Counted from the stretch's first letter, positions 19,171-29,219 are shown. The stretch is 64,000 nucleotides of DNA from Gemmatimonadaceae bacterium (GCA_036003045.1 DASYSS010000104.1:94901-158900); one strand, 5' to 3'. Numbers and translations are program-made. Notes: generated by a model not told the origin, from the sequence alone.

Positions 19171-20514
19171 CTACTCGGCGGTAACAAGGGTGGCGGCGCG
19201 GGGGCGGGTGAGTCGGAAAACGGGATAGCTCACCACGAGAATCCCCAGCGCAAACAGGCTGTTGCGGCGGTCGGCGACGACGGCGCTGATCAGGAATGCC
19301 AGCGAACCGAGCAGCACGAGAACCGTCGTCCACGGGTAACCGAACGTACGGTACGGTCTCGCGCGGTTCGGTTCGCGAAGCCGCAGGCGAATGAGGCCGA
19401 GAAACGACGTCGCGTAGTTGGCGACGAAGAAGAACGCCGCGATGGCGATCATGGTCTCGAACGTCCCGGTCGCGAGAAACGCGAGCGTCACCAGCCCCGT
19501 CGCGCCCAACGAAACGATTGGCGTGCCTCGGGGACTAACTCTCGCGGCGACGGGAATGCCGACGCCGTCACGGCTCATCGAGAACAGGGTGCGCGACGCC
19601 ATCAGTGTGCAGGCGTTGACCGCGCTCGGCAGCGAGAGCACGACGAGCACCTGTACGATCCGTTCACCCGCCGCGCCGAAGATCGCGTTCGCCACCGTTC
19701 CGGCCGCGAGCTTCGAACCCGCCAGCGCCGAGAGCGGAACGGCATGGAGGAACGCGAGGTTGATGAGCAGATAGATCGTCGCGACGCCGGCCAGCCCGTA
19801 AAACATGCCTCGCGGAATTTGTCGCGCCGGATCGTGGAGCTCTTCCGAGAAATAGATCGGACCGTTCCATCCGTCGTACGCGTAGATCACCGACTGCGCG
19901 GCGAGAAGAAAACCGGCGAAGCCGATCGCGCCCCCCGCTCCCGTCGTCGCTGCGGCGGTGCTCGGCGGAACAGTGCGTCCGCCGAACGCGAAACACGCGA
20001 TCACGAGCCCGATGAGGACGCCCGACTTCAATAGGCTCGTGAGTTGCTGCACGCGATCGCCGCGTTTCGTTCCGCCGAACAGCAGGAACGTGAACGCCGC
20101 GACCACCAGCATGGCGACAGCCGCGACGCCGGAGGACGCGCCGGCGAGACGCACCGCCGACTCGCCGATCACCGTGGCGATCGCCGCGGTCGACGCGCAT
20201 GTCGAGATCCAGTCCATCCAGCCGACGACGAAACCGACATAGTCACCGAAGATGTCGTGCGCGAAGACGTACTGCCCTCCGCTGCGCGGCATCATCGTTC
20301 CGAGCTCGGCGAGCGCGTTCGCGCCGAGCAGCGCGTACAGTCCGCCGATCACCCAAATGCCGACGAACGCGAATGAATTGGGCAGATAGCCCGCGATCTC
20401 GCCCGGCGTGCGCAGGATTCCTGCGCCGATCGTGTTTCCGACGGTCACGGCCAGACCGAAGGTCAGGCCGAGCATCCGGATGAGAGACTGCGTGGGCCGG
20501 TTGGGCTCGCTCAC
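19171..20514 (-). CDS. APC-superfamily amino-acid permease
   Basis: GTG start. About 12 TM segments. GNTIGAGILRTPGEIA is the APC signature region. Confidence 0.9.
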   Translation of the reverse strand: MSEPNRPTQSLIRMLGLTFGLAVTVGNTIGAGILRTPGEIAGYLPNSFAFVGIWVIGGLYALLGANALAELGTMMPRSGGQYVFAHDIFGDYVGFVVGWMDWISTCASTAAIATVIGESAVRLAGASSGVAAVAMLVVAAFTFLLFGGTKRGDRVQQLTSLLKSGVLIGLVIACFAFGGRTVPPSTAAATTGAGGAIGFAGFLLAAQSVIYAYDGWNGPIYFSEELHDPARQIPRGMFYGLAGVATIYLLINLAFLHAVPLSALAGSKLAAGTVANAIFGAAGERIVQVLVVLSLPSAVNACTLMASRTLFSMSRDGVGIPVAARVSPRGTPIVSLGATGLVTLAFLATGTFETMIAIAAFFFVANYATSFLGLIRLRLREPNRARPYRTFGYPWTTVLVLLGSLAFLISAVVADRRNSLFALGILVVSYPVFRLTRPRAATLVTAE

Positions 20515-20606
20515 GGCGCAAACAATCGCTCGCGCGCCCGATTGCTGCCAGGTGTGATTTCGCTCGGCGTTTTTTTTCGCGGTCTACCGGTCCAACGGCC
20601 CACCCC

Positions 20607-20658
20607 AAAAAGATCAGCGGGATGGAAGCCGTCGAATACCCGGCGCCACCCCGCTGAT
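20607..20658 (-). terminator. Terminator-like or attenuator-like hairpin in the permease leader
   Basis: On the minus strand, ATCAGCGGG...CCCGCTGAT (20613-20621 with 20650-20658) is followed by TTTTT (plus-strand A-run at 20607-20611). The 28-nt loop contains an inner GCCG/CGGC stem. Confidence 0.45.
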
Positions 20659-20788
20659 TGTGCTTTCGGAGATCAGGCCGACCCCCACCCGAGTCAACGC
20701 AACCTCAACGAAAGCGTACTGCAGATTGTCCAGCGATGATCAGTACACCTGCTATGACACCTGCGTTGGTGTCTCCCCGCGTAAAGAA

Positions 20789-21709
20789 TTACTGACAACT
20801 CAAACGGCCGAACGGCAGCGGCAGCGTGCAATTCTGCGTGTTGCCGTCTTCCGTGATCACGACCTTCGCCGTCGCGGAGCCATCGTACGTGATGACTTCA
20901 CGCCGTGTCGACGTCGCCGGCGATTGGCCGGTGACCGTCACGGTGACTTTCATCGAGCGAATGATCGTTCCCGCACCTGGATACGGCGGATGACCCAAAG
21001 CCGCTGAACCAACGGGAATCACGAGGCCGGTGATCGTGTCACCCGCGGTGCGCTGCGCGGTGAACGCACCCATAGACGACGTACCGGACGTGTTCTCGGA
21101 GCCGGCCGACACGCCGTCGACCTTCCGTTGAGTGCTTCCTTTCGCGAGACCTGTGACGGTCTGGCTGCTCGACTCGTTGATGTCGCTCGTCACGCTGTCG
21201 CGGCGCGTCACTTTGCCCGTGACCGACACCGTGCTGACGATCGTGTTCGTCGTCGTGTCGATCTTCGATTGCGGGTTCCCGCCGGCGTCCGTGTACTTGA
21301 ACGTATGAGTAATGGTCAGCCCGTTGCGCGTCTGATTTCCGCAGGTCACGACGCCCGTGCTGCTGGAGAACGCGCACGAACCGTCACGGAAGAAGTCCGC
21401 TAAGCCGAGGCCGAGGAACGGACCACCGAGGCCGCCCATGAAGCCGATGCCGAACCCCGGTCCGTGCCCGAACATCCAGCGGCCGCCTGGGCCACCGGGC
21501 CCTCTTCCGTCGAAGGAAGGCTGGAACGGTCCGTCGCCTTCCGACGCCGCGAAGCTGCTGCTCAAGTCGGAGAAACCGGAAGGTACCGTCGTGAACGCCG
21601 ACGACGCGTCCAGCAGCGCTGTGCTTCCGTTTGGCGCGCTCGATTCGTTACACGCCGCGACGAGAGCCGCGCACGCGGCGGCGCAGGTGAGTGTGACAAT
21701 TTTTTTCAT
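20789..21709 (-). CDS. Hypothetical Gly/Ser/Thr-rich lipoprotein
   Basis: MKKIVTLTCAAACAALVAACNESS (lipobox). No family recognised. It lies downstream of the ECF sigma gene on the same strand. Confidence 0.6.
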   Translation of the reverse strand: MKKIVTLTCAAACAALVAACNESSAPNGSTALLDASSAFTTVPSGFSDLSSSFAASEGDGPFQPSFDGRGPGGPGGRWMFGHGPGFGIGFMGGLGGPFLGLGLADFFRDGSCAFSSSTGVVTCGNQTRNGLTITHTFKYTDAGGNPQSKIDTTTNTIVSTVSVTGKVTRRDSVTSDINESSSQTVTGLAKGSTQRKVDGVSAGSENTSGTSSMGAFTAQRTAGDTITGLVIPVGSAALGHPPYPGAGTIIRSMKVTVTVTGQSPATSTRREVITYDGSATAKVVITEDGNTQNCTLPLPFGRLSCQ

Positions 21710-21835
21710 GTCTCAGGTCCTGTTCGAGTCCAAAGGCAGACACGGAGGTCGTCCGCCACCCTGAGTTTGTCGTCGGGACCGGCGCGGCGTTAACTAAAAA
21801 AACGAAATTCGGACCCGAACCGCCGAAAGCCGACG

Positions 21836-22387
21836 TTAGATCGCGGTCGTCTCGGGCAACCACGCCGCCAGGCGCGTGCGCAGATGTTTCAGCGCTTTTC
21901 CCATCTGCGATTCGACGGTCTTGATGGAAATGCCGAGCGTCTTCGCGATCTCGGCATAGCGGAGTCCTTGTTCTCGACTCAGGCGAAACACTTCGCGACA
22001 CGCCGGCGGCAGCTCGGCGACGGCGGCGGTGATCGCGTCGCGCAATTCGCCGGCGACGAGCCCAGACGCACCGGCGGCGGCGATGCTTTCTTCGCCAATG
22101 AGGTGTGGTTCGGCGCGCTTTTGGACGTTCGCGTGCCTGATCTGATTCAGCGCGCGATTGCGGGTCGAACGAACGAGATACGCGCGCAGCGACTCCTGGA
22201 TGGTCACCGTCGTTCGACGGCGCCACAGCTCCAGCATCACTTCCTGGACGACGTCCTCGCTGGCGCTTCGGTCGTGCAGAAGGCTCTGCGCCAGGATCAC
22301 GAGGGCCGCGTAGTGCGTTCGAAAGATCGCGTCGAAGGCCGCTTGGTCGCCGTCCTTCAGGCGGTCTAGTAATTCGCGATCATCCAT
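21836..22387 (-). CDS. ECF-type RNA polymerase sigma-70 factor
   Basis: Region 2 (FDAIFRTHYAALVILAQSLL...DVVQEVMLELWRRR) and region 4 (REVFRLSREQGLRYAEIAKTLGISIKTVESQMGKAL). Confidence 0.92.
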   Translation of the reverse strand: MDDRELLDRLKDGDQAAFDAIFRTHYAALVILAQSLLHDRSASEDVVQEVMLELWRRRTTVTIQESLRAYLVRSTRNRALNQIRHANVQKRAEPHLIGEESIAAAGASGLVAGELRDAITAAVAELPPACREVFRLSREQGLRYAEIAKTLGISIKTVESQMGKALKHLRTRLAAWLPETTAI

Positions 22388-22435
22388 GCCGATACGGGGT
22401 CCGAGCTCTCCAGGGCGATTCCAGCGATGCGACGG

Positions 22436-22465
22436 TTGTCCCCGGGCGCGCGGGTTCCGTATAAT
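22436..22465 (+). promoter_or_regulatory. Possible sigma-70-like promoter for the fecR-like operon
   Basis: TTGTCC (22436-22441), an 18-nt spacer, then TATAAT (22460-22465). Confidence 0.3.
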
Positions 22466-22539
22466 CCCCGATCAGGCGGAGGGCCATCAGGGGTCATGAT
22501 TCGCATAAGGGTATACGTTCTCCGACGTGTCGAAAGGGC

Positions 22540-23625
22540 ATGACCGACGACGCCTCCCTCCCCCGGCCGTCCGGCCCGCCTGCGCCCGACTCGGTCCCGG
22601 ATTGGGACACGCTCGGCCGCTTCGTTGCGGGTGAAGGCTCGGCGGACGAAATGTCGCAGGTCAGCAAATGGCTGGACGCGAACCCCGCCGAGCGTGCGTT
22701 GCTGGAGCGACTCACGGAAGTCACATCGGCAACCCCCAGCGACGCGGCTGGGATCGACGTCGAGGCCGCGCTGGCCAGGGTCCACTCGCGAATGGGAGAG
22801 CCCGCGCGAGCCCCTCTCTCGCTGAGCGCGCCCCGGGCCAAGCGTCGCTGGCAACCTCTGGGATCGGCGGCGCTGCTCGCGGCCGCGGCGGTCGTCGCGT
22901 TCCTCGTCATCTCGCGGCGGGGCACCTCGCCGAGCGGATCGGTGACGACGGTCGCCTCCCAGTCCTTTACGACGACGGTCGGCAAGCGGGATTCGATCAC
23001 CCTGTCCGACGGCTCACGGGTCGTGCTCGGGCCGGACAGCCGCCTGACGGTACCACCGGATTTCGGCAACGGATCGCGTTCCGTCGAGCTGCACGGCGAC
23101 GCGTTCTTCGACGTCCAGCACAACGCGGCCAGCCCGTTCGCGGTCCGCGTCGGAACGGCCGTCATCCAGGACGTCGGCACGACGTTCATGGTCGAGAGCG
23201 ACGACGCCAACGCGACCGTCGTGACGGTTGTAAGCGGAAGCGTGCGGCTTCGCGCTGTGGATTCTTCATCCGGCACGGGCGTCCTTCTTGCTGCCGGGGA
23301 ACGTGGATCAATCGACGACGCCGGGCGTACCAGCACGGAGCGCGCGCCCTCACCCGACGACGACGTAGCCTGGACGACGGGCAAGCTCGTCTTCCGCGAC
23401 GCTCAGTTGTCTCGGGTAGCGGCAGAAATCCATCGATGGTACGGCATACGCCTGCACGTCAGCGACCCCTCGTTGTTGTCGCAACACGTCACGGCGCAGT
23501 TCTTCACGAATCAACCCGTCGATCAGGTGCTTCACGTGGTCGAGCTTTCGCTGGGAGTAAAAATCGAACGGCAGGGCGACTCGGCGGTCGTCGTGACCGG
23601 CCGGAGTGCGCCACCGACCCGGTGA
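22540..23625 (+). CDS. FecR-family anti-sigma factor / transmembrane sensor
   Basis: N-terminal anti-sigma region, a single TM helix (AALLAAAAVVAFLVI), and FecR domain features (FFDVQHNAASPFAVRVGTAVIQDVGTTF, KLVFRDAQLSRVAAEIHRWYG). Confidence 0.9.
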   Translation: MTDDASLPRPSGPPAPDSVPDWDTLGRFVAGEGSADEMSQVSKWLDANPAERALLERLTEVTSATPSDAAGIDVEAALARVHSRMGEPARAPLSLSAPRAKRRWQPLGSAALLAAAAVVAFLVISRRGTSPSGSVTTVASQSFTTTVGKRDSITLSDGSRVVLGPDSRLTVPPDFGNGSRSVELHGDAFFDVQHNAASPFAVRVGTAVIQDVGTTFMVESDDANATVVTVVSGSVRLRAVDSSSGTGVLLAAGERGSIDDAGRTSTERAPSPDDDVAWTTGKLVFRDAQLSRVAAEIHRWYGIRLHVSDPSLLSQHVTAQFFTNQPVDQVLHVVELSLGVKIERQGDSAVVVTGRSAPPTR

Positions 23626-26150
23626 GATCGACCCTCCGGCGGTTCTGCAGCGTTGGCGCGAGCGCCGCAATGGCGCTCGCGCTTTCGCGTGCATTGGCGG
23701 CCCAGCCGCACGTGTGTTCCGCGCAGACCGCCGATTCCGCGAGCTCAGGCAACGCGGAGTGGTCGCCGCCGCTGGACCGCGCGATCACCGTGCGCGGCGC
23801 AAATCTCTCTTTGCGCGACGCGCTCGATCGCGTGGCGACGGCGGCGAGAATTCGCCTTTCCTACAGCGCCGAGCAGGTTCCGCTCGACCGAGCGGTGTGC
23901 GTCTCCGCCGACGCCTCGCCGGCCGGTCGGGTTCTCGCTGATCTCCTCAGCGGAACCAACGTCGCCGCGGTGGTGGTCGGCGCCGACCAAGTGGTGCTTT
24001 CACCGCGCATGCGTCCAGCGCGTGCCGACGGACCCGGAATGGCGCCAACGCTCGGCGTCCTCGATCGCGTCGTCGTGACGGGGACCGCCGGAGGAGGCAC
24101 GCCGGCGAAAGAGCTGGCGGTCGGTCTCGACGTTCTCAACGGGCGCACGCTCGCGCGCGACAACACCAACACGATTTCCGACGCGCTCGACTCCTACGTG
24201 CCCGGCGTTTGGTCGTGGGCGCAATCGCCGTCGAACATGCTGAGCTCGTACGCGAGCATCCGCGGCGCGAGCTCGTTCGGACTGAGTTATCCGAAGATCT
24301 ACATCGACGGCATCGAGGTGGCGAACCCGCTGTTGTTGAGTCGGTTCGCGCCCGGCGCGATCGATCACATCGAAGTGATTCGCGGCCCGCAGGGCGCCGC
24401 CCTCTACGGCGCCGACGCAATCAGCGGCGTGGTGAACATCGTGACGCGCCACGACGGCGGAGACGGCGACGGCGCGCACGCGGCGATACGCTCGACCGTC
24501 GGCACGTCTCAGAGCTCGTACGCGCGCGGCGTCATGGCGCAGGATCACGCGCTGTCCTTGGTCACGGGCACGAGCACGCGATCGATGGACTTGAATGTGA
24601 GCGGTTCGACGATGGGCTCGTTCGTGCCGAACGGTTACAGCCGCGATCTCATGGCGTCGGGCGGGGGACGGATCGTCGGCAACACCGGCAGCATCACGAC
24701 GACCGCGCGGCTCTTCTTCGAGCAAGCCGGCGTTCCTTCGAGCCCGCTCGTCCAGACGCCGATGTCCTCGTCGCCGGGCGGCCCGCCGGCGACCACGACG
24801 CGCAACGGCTCTCCGCAGACGGTCACGGAATACACGATCGGCGCGACGGCGCTCCACATGCCGGGCCAAGCATGGGTCGACTCGTTTGTCGTCGGCGTAG
24901 ATGGATATCGTCTCTCGAACGTGCAGACGAACTACACGCCCGTGCCGAGCATCGTCGATTCCGCGTTGCGCGCGGCGCAGGGCGGCGCCGACCGCGCCAC
25001 GCTTCGCGCGAGCCGCGTTTTCCGCTTCCGCGCCGACGACCCGACGCGCGGCTCGCTCACGCTGTCGGCCGAGCATGCGACGCTCCGCGCGTCCACGCTG
25101 ACGTCGTCGGCGTTCGTGTACGGCAATCGCGGACCAGGCAGCTCAGGTGGCCCGGGTGGACAGGACAGTCGCCAAGACGTGCTTACGCCGCTCGTCACTT
25201 GGCAGAACAGCACCGGCGTTACGGCGCAGGCAAACGCGGCCATCAACAACACGCTCTTCTTCACGAGCGGTGTACGACTCGAGGAAGACAGCCGTCTCGC
25301 TCCCGGCGACCGTTTCGTCACGCTGCCGATGTTCGGGATCGCGGACGTGAACGATGTCGGTCCGTTCACCATGAAGCTGCGCGCCGCGTACGGGCGCGGC
25401 ATCCGTCCGCCGAGCACGATGCAGCGCTGGCAGATGTGGCAACCGCAGACCGCGGAGCAGGCGGCCCTCGGTCCGGAAGTACAGTCGGGCACCGAAGTCG
25501 GTGTCGATCTCATGTTGCATCAGGCGCTCACCGTGCAGCTGACGCGGTTCGACCAGCGCGCGTCGGGACTCATCCAGCAGGTGCCGTTCGCGTCGGATAG
25601 CGCGCTGACCGGCCGGCGAATGCAGTACATCGCGCAGAACGTCGGAGAGATCTCGAACTCCGGCTGGGAGCTCGGCGCGACGAGCACACTGTCTCGCGTC
25701 ACGATGAACGCATCGTTCGCCGCGGTCGACAGCCGAGTCCGCAAGCTGGCGCCAGGCTATACAGGCGACTTGGAGACGGGTGACCGGATGCTGCAAGTCC
25801 CGGCAATTACCGCAGGCTTCGGCGCGACGTGGACCGGCGACGCGTGGACGGCCTCGCTCGGCGGAACGCGGGCGTTCAACTGGATCAACTACGACGAAGT
25901 CGCGCTCGCGCAAACGTGGCTCTCGGGAACGGAGTCGGTCCACCAGATGGTGGGGCCGGAGCTCCGCAACTTCTGGCGGCGATATACCGGCGGACTCCAT
26001 TTGCGCGCCAGCATCTCCCACGACTTCCGGCGCGACTTCTCCGTCGAAGTGACCGGGGACAATCTGCTGAACTACCAGAGCGGCGAGCCCGACAACATCA
26101 CGATCATCCCGGGCCGGACGATCATGAGCGGAGTTCGCATTAAGTTCTAG
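23622..26150 (+). CDS. TonB-dependent receptor with an N-terminal STN signalling domain (FecA-like transducer)
   Basis: The GTG at 23622 overlaps the fecR-like stop (GTGA). Signal peptide. STN region (LSLRDALDRVATAARIRLSY...). Plug region (IRGASS..IYIDGIEV..IDHIEVIRGPQGAALYGADAISGVVNIVTR). Terminal residues ...GVRIKF. Confidence 0.88.
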   Translation: MRSTLRRFCSVGASAAMALALSRALAAQPHVCSAQTADSASSGNAEWSPPLDRAITVRGANLSLRDALDRVATAARIRLSYSAEQVPLDRAVCVSADASPAGRVLADLLSGTNVAAVVVGADQVVLSPRMRPARADGPGMAPTLGVLDRVVVTGTAGGGTPAKELAVGLDVLNGRTLARDNTNTISDALDSYVPGVWSWAQSPSNMLSSYASIRGASSFGLSYPKIYIDGIEVANPLLLSRFAPGAIDHIEVIRGPQGAALYGADAISGVVNIVTRHDGGDGDGAHAAIRSTVGTSQSSYARGVMAQDHALSLVTGTSTRSMDLNVSGSTMGSFVPNGYSRDLMASGGGRIVGNTGSITTTARLFFEQAGVPSSPLVQTPMSSSPGGPPATTTRNGSPQTVTEYTIGATALHMPGQAWVDSFVVGVDGYRLSNVQTNYTPVPSIVDSALRAAQGGADRATLRASRVFRFRADDPTRGSLTLSAEHATLRASTLTSSAFVYGNRGPGSSGGPGGQDSRQDVLTPLVTWQNSTGVTAQANAAINNTLFFTSGVRLEEDSRLAPGDRFVTLPMFGIADVNDVGPFTMKLRAAYGRGIRPPSTMQRWQMWQPQTAEQAALGPEVQSGTEVGVDLMLHQALTVQLTRFDQRASGLIQQVPFASDSALTGRRMQYIAQNVGEISNSGWELGATSTLSRVTMNASFAAVDSRVRKLAPGYTGDLETGDRMLQVPAITAGFGATWTGDAWTASLGGTRAFNWINYDEVALAQTWLSGTESVHQMVGPELRNFWRRYTGGLHLRASISHDFRRDFSVEVTGDNLLNYQSGEPDNITIIPGRTIMSGVRIKF

Positions 26151-26177
26151 CCTCGTGACACCCACGAGGGCAGCAGA

Positions 26178-27716
26178 ATGACCGCCACCGCGATGAAGCA
26201 CGACGCGACAGGGAGCGCCTCTCAAGAAGCCACGCTTCCCATCATCGACCACTGGATCGACGGCGCCGCTACTCCCGGCAGCTCGGACCGTTTTGGTCTG
26301 GTCTACAACCCCGCGCTTGGCACTCCCGCCGCGCGCGTCCGATTTGCGAGCGCTGCCGACGTCGATCGCGCCGTGGAAGCCGCCGCGCGCGCGGCCGTCG
26401 CCTGGGGCCGGGCCGGCCTCGGCAAGCGCGCCACGGTGCTCTTCAAGTTTCGCGAGTTGGTCGAGCGGCATGCCGATGAGCTTACGCGCTGCATCGTCCG
26501 CGAGCACGGCAAGGTGTTGGCCGATGCGCGCGGCGAAGTGCAGCGCGGGCTCGAGGTCGTGGAGTTCGCGTGCGGCATTCCGCATCTCAGCAAAGGCGAA
26601 TTCTCCGAGAACGTGTCGACGAATGTCGACAGCTACTCGATTCGCCAACCGCTCGGCGTCGTGGCCGGTATCACGCCGTTCAACTTCCCGGTGATGGTGC
26701 CGATGTGGATGTACCCGGTCGCGATCGCGGCGGGGAATTCGTTCATCCTCAAGCCGTCGGAGAAGGATCCGTCGGCGTCGATGATGATGGCCGAGCTGTG
26801 GCGCGAAGCGGGTCTTCCGGCCGGTGTGTTCAGCGTCGTGAACGGCGACCAGGCCGCCGTCGAGCGGATCCTCGAGCATCCCGGCATCGCCGCGGTGAGC
26901 TTCGTGGGGTCGACGCCGATCGCCCGCCGCATCTATGAGACGGCCACCGGGCATGGGAAGCGGGTGCAAGCGCTCGGCGGCGCGAAGAATCACATGATCG
27001 TGCTGCCAGACGCGGACATGGAGCTCGCCGCGGATTCGGCCGTGAACGCGGCGTTCGGATCAGCGGGCGAGCGATGCATGGCGATTTCCGTGACAGTCGC
27101 CGTGGGCGATGCAGCCGAACGGCTCGTACCACTCGTCGCGCAACGCATGCGTGCGATCAGAGTCGGCGACGGTCTCGACCCCAAGAACGACATGGGACCG
27201 CTGGTGACGAAACAGCATCTCGAGCGCGTGCGCGCCTACGTCGACGAGGGTGTGGCCGCGGGCGCGTCGTTGGTGGCCGACGGCCGCGCGACCGTGAACG
27301 ACGAACGCGGCTTCTATCTCGGCCCGTGTCTGTTCGACCACGTGAAGCCGGACATGACGATCTACCGCGATGAGATCTTCGGTCCAGTCCTTTCGGTGGT
27401 TCGCGCCTCGTCGTACGAGGAGGCCATCGGTCTGGTGAACTCGAATCCGTACGCGAACGGCGTCGCGATCTTCACGAACGACGGCGGCGCGGCGCGCCGG
27501 TTTCAGAACGAGGTTCAGGTCGGGATGGTCGGGATCAACGTGCCGATTCCGGTGCCGATGGCGTACTACTCGTTCGGCGGCTGGAAGGCGTCTCTCTTCG
27601 GCGACGCGCACGTGCACGGCATGGAAGGCGTGAAGTTCTACACGCGCGGAAAGGTCGTAACGGCACGATGGCCGGATCCAAGTTTGAGAGGGAAGAATTT
27701 GGGATTTCCGACCTGA
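26178..27716 (+). CDS. mmsA: CoA-acylating methylmalonate-semialdehyde dehydrogenase
   Basis: ALDH fold with FNFPVMVPMWMYPVAIAAGNSFILKPSEKDP, ERCMA and the characteristic MmsA C-terminus (GWKASLFGD...GVKFYT). Confidence 0.9.
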   Translation: MTATAMKHDATGSASQEATLPIIDHWIDGAATPGSSDRFGLVYNPALGTPAARVRFASAADVDRAVEAAARAAVAWGRAGLGKRATVLFKFRELVERHADELTRCIVREHGKVLADARGEVQRGLEVVEFACGIPHLSKGEFSENVSTNVDSYSIRQPLGVVAGITPFNFPVMVPMWMYPVAIAAGNSFILKPSEKDPSASMMMAELWREAGLPAGVFSVVNGDQAAVERILEHPGIAAVSFVGSTPIARRIYETATGHGKRVQALGGAKNHMIVLPDADMELAADSAVNAAFGSAGERCMAISVTVAVGDAAERLVPLVAQRMRAIRVGDGLDPKNDMGPLVTKQHLERVRAYVDEGVAAGASLVADGRATVNDERGFYLGPCLFDHVKPDMTIYRDEIFGPVLSVVRASSYEEAIGLVNSNPYANGVAIFTNDGGAARRFQNEVQVGMVGINVPIPVPMAYYSFGGWKASLFGDAHVHGMEGVKFYTRGKVVTARWPDPSLRGKNLGFPT

Positions 27717-27745
27717 CGGCCAACCGCACGCGACCGGGGGTCTCG

Positions 27746-28516
27746 GTGATTCGATCCAGCTTCGCCATTTGCCTGTCCGCCTTCGCCGCCGTCGGCGCTC
27801 AATCCGTCCCCAAGTCCGGCGCCGAAGTTTTTCAGCGCATGCACGACGCGTACGCCGGAAAGTGGTATCACACGCTCACCTTCGTGCAGACGACGACCCA
27901 GCGACGTCCCAACGGGACCGACACGGTCACCACTTGGTACGAGAGTCTGCGACAGCCCGCGAATGGACGCACTGAGCTGCGTATCGACTTCGGCGACCCA
28001 TCGGCCGGCAACGGCGTTCTCTACACCGCCGACTCGAGCTGGCGCATGCGAGGCGGGAAGCTGGGCGCGGCGACCGCCGACGGAAACGAGTTTCTGCCGC
28101 TCATCGAGGGCGTCTACTTCAATCCCGTCGAGCAGACCATTCGCGAACTCTCGTCGACGAAGACCGACATGTCTCGCGTGATCGAAGGGCGCTACGACGG
28201 CCGCCGCGTTTGGATCATCGGCGTGTCGTCGACAGCGGACACCACGTCGCCGCAGATCTGGATCGACGCCGAGCGCAACGTCGCCGTACGCGCGATCATC
28301 CCGGCGTCGCCGAACCTGCCGATGTTCGACATTCACCTCGACGGCTACGTGCCGATCGAGAGCACGTGGCTCGCGTCCAAGATCACCATGCTGCAGAGCG
28401 GAGTGCCTCGACAGAAGGAGGAATACCGCGACTGGAAGGTGAACGTGGATCTTCCCGCGAGCCTCTTCGACATCGCCACCTGGACGTCGGCGCCGCATTG
28501 GGCGAAGCGTCCGTAA
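27746..28516 (+). CDS. Hypothetical secreted protein (possibly a LolA-like fold)
   Basis: The GTG at 27746 gives (M)IRSSFAICLSAFAAVGAQS, a signal peptide. The ORF-track start at 27668 would overlap mmsA. The function is a guess. Confidence 0.55.
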   Translation: MIRSSFAICLSAFAAVGAQSVPKSGAEVFQRMHDAYAGKWYHTLTFVQTTTQRRPNGTDTVTTWYESLRQPANGRTELRIDFGDPSAGNGVLYTADSSWRMRGGKLGAATADGNEFLPLIEGVYFNPVEQTIRELSSTKTDMSRVIEGRYDGRRVWIIGVSSTADTTSPQIWIDAERNVAVRAIIPASPNLPMFDIHLDGYVPIESTWLASKITMLQSGVPRQKEEYRDWKVNVDLPASLFDIATWTSAPHWAKRP

Positions 28517-28559
28517 CGCCGGCGAGCGCGAGACGCGGCTGAAATAATCGCCGCGCGGA

Positions 28560-29093
28560 CTACGGCGCGGCGGCGCCCTTGGTGTCTTCGTCTTCGTGCA
28601 GGACCGTGCGCCGCACGAGCTGTACCGAGCCGGCCAGAATCGCCGCCCAGATGAGGATCGCGATTCCCCGGATGAGCAGCGCGTTCAAGCTCATACCGAT
28701 CCAGTCGTCCCAATGCGCGCGCTGGGTGCCGTTGGCTTCATGCCCCAGCGAGATGAGGAGCGCGCTGGTGACCATTTCGGCGGCGACCTCGATGCCGGCG
28801 AAGGCCGGCGCGCGCCACACGTACTGGTGGAGCGGGAAATTCGCCAGGTGCGCCGTGACCATGCCGAGGAAGAAGATCGCCCCGATGGCGAAGGTCGCGC
28901 CGAAGTAGAGCCAGTTGTCGGGGCCGTGCGTCAGGACTACGACGCGATACGTCCGCACGATGATGCCGGTGACGATCGCCATCTGGACGAGCGAATACGA
29001 GAGCCGGCGAAAAGCCCGGGGCTCTCGGATGCGAATCTCGGTGGTCTTGCGCGGAAAGAATTGCGACATGGTGGGGGGCTGCCCTTTAGACAA
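28560..29093 (-). CDS. Hypothetical integral membrane protein (4 TM)
   Basis: Four hydrophobic helices. The start is uncertain: TTG at 29093 or ATG at 29069. Confidence 0.55.
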   Translation of the reverse strand: MSKGQPPTMSQFFPRKTTEIRIREPRAFRRLSYSLVQMAIVTGIIVRTYRVVVLTHGPDNWLYFGATFAIGAIFFLGMVTAHLANFPLHQYVWRAPAFAGIEVAAEMVTSALLISLGHEANGTQRAHWDDWIGMSLNALLIRGIAILIWAAILAGSVQLVRRTVLHEDEDTKGAAAP

Positions 29094-29219
29094 ACGAACC
29101 GCTCACAGGGTGGCAACCTCTTGATACCGGGAGCGCCCCTTCACCGGGTTCCGGGGCGTCTCCCATTGACGCTCTATGGGACCGCCGCTATCGTCCCCAA
29201 AGACGCTCTAGGGGAAGCC

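Noticed and set aside
21716-21745. tRNA-like T-arm string GTTCGAGTCC
   Set aside because: No complementary T-stem, acceptor stem or anticodon arm can be drawn around it. No other tRNA-like consensus was seen in the window.
22668-23621. N-terminal 318 codons of the 1160-aa ORF containing the TonB receptor
   Set aside because: This stretch overlaps the FecR-like gene in a different frame and is Arg/Gly-rich. A signal peptide plus the STN domain begin at the GTG at 23622, which overlaps the fecR stop.
25143-26993. 616-aa minus-strand ORF antisense to the TonB receptor and mmsA. The same reasoning applies to 36015-37397 (+), 56453-58156 (+), 24000-25076 (-) and 47579-48751 (-).
   Set aside because: These are antisense shadow ORFs with no domain signatures. 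The opposite strand encodes clearly recognisable proteins.
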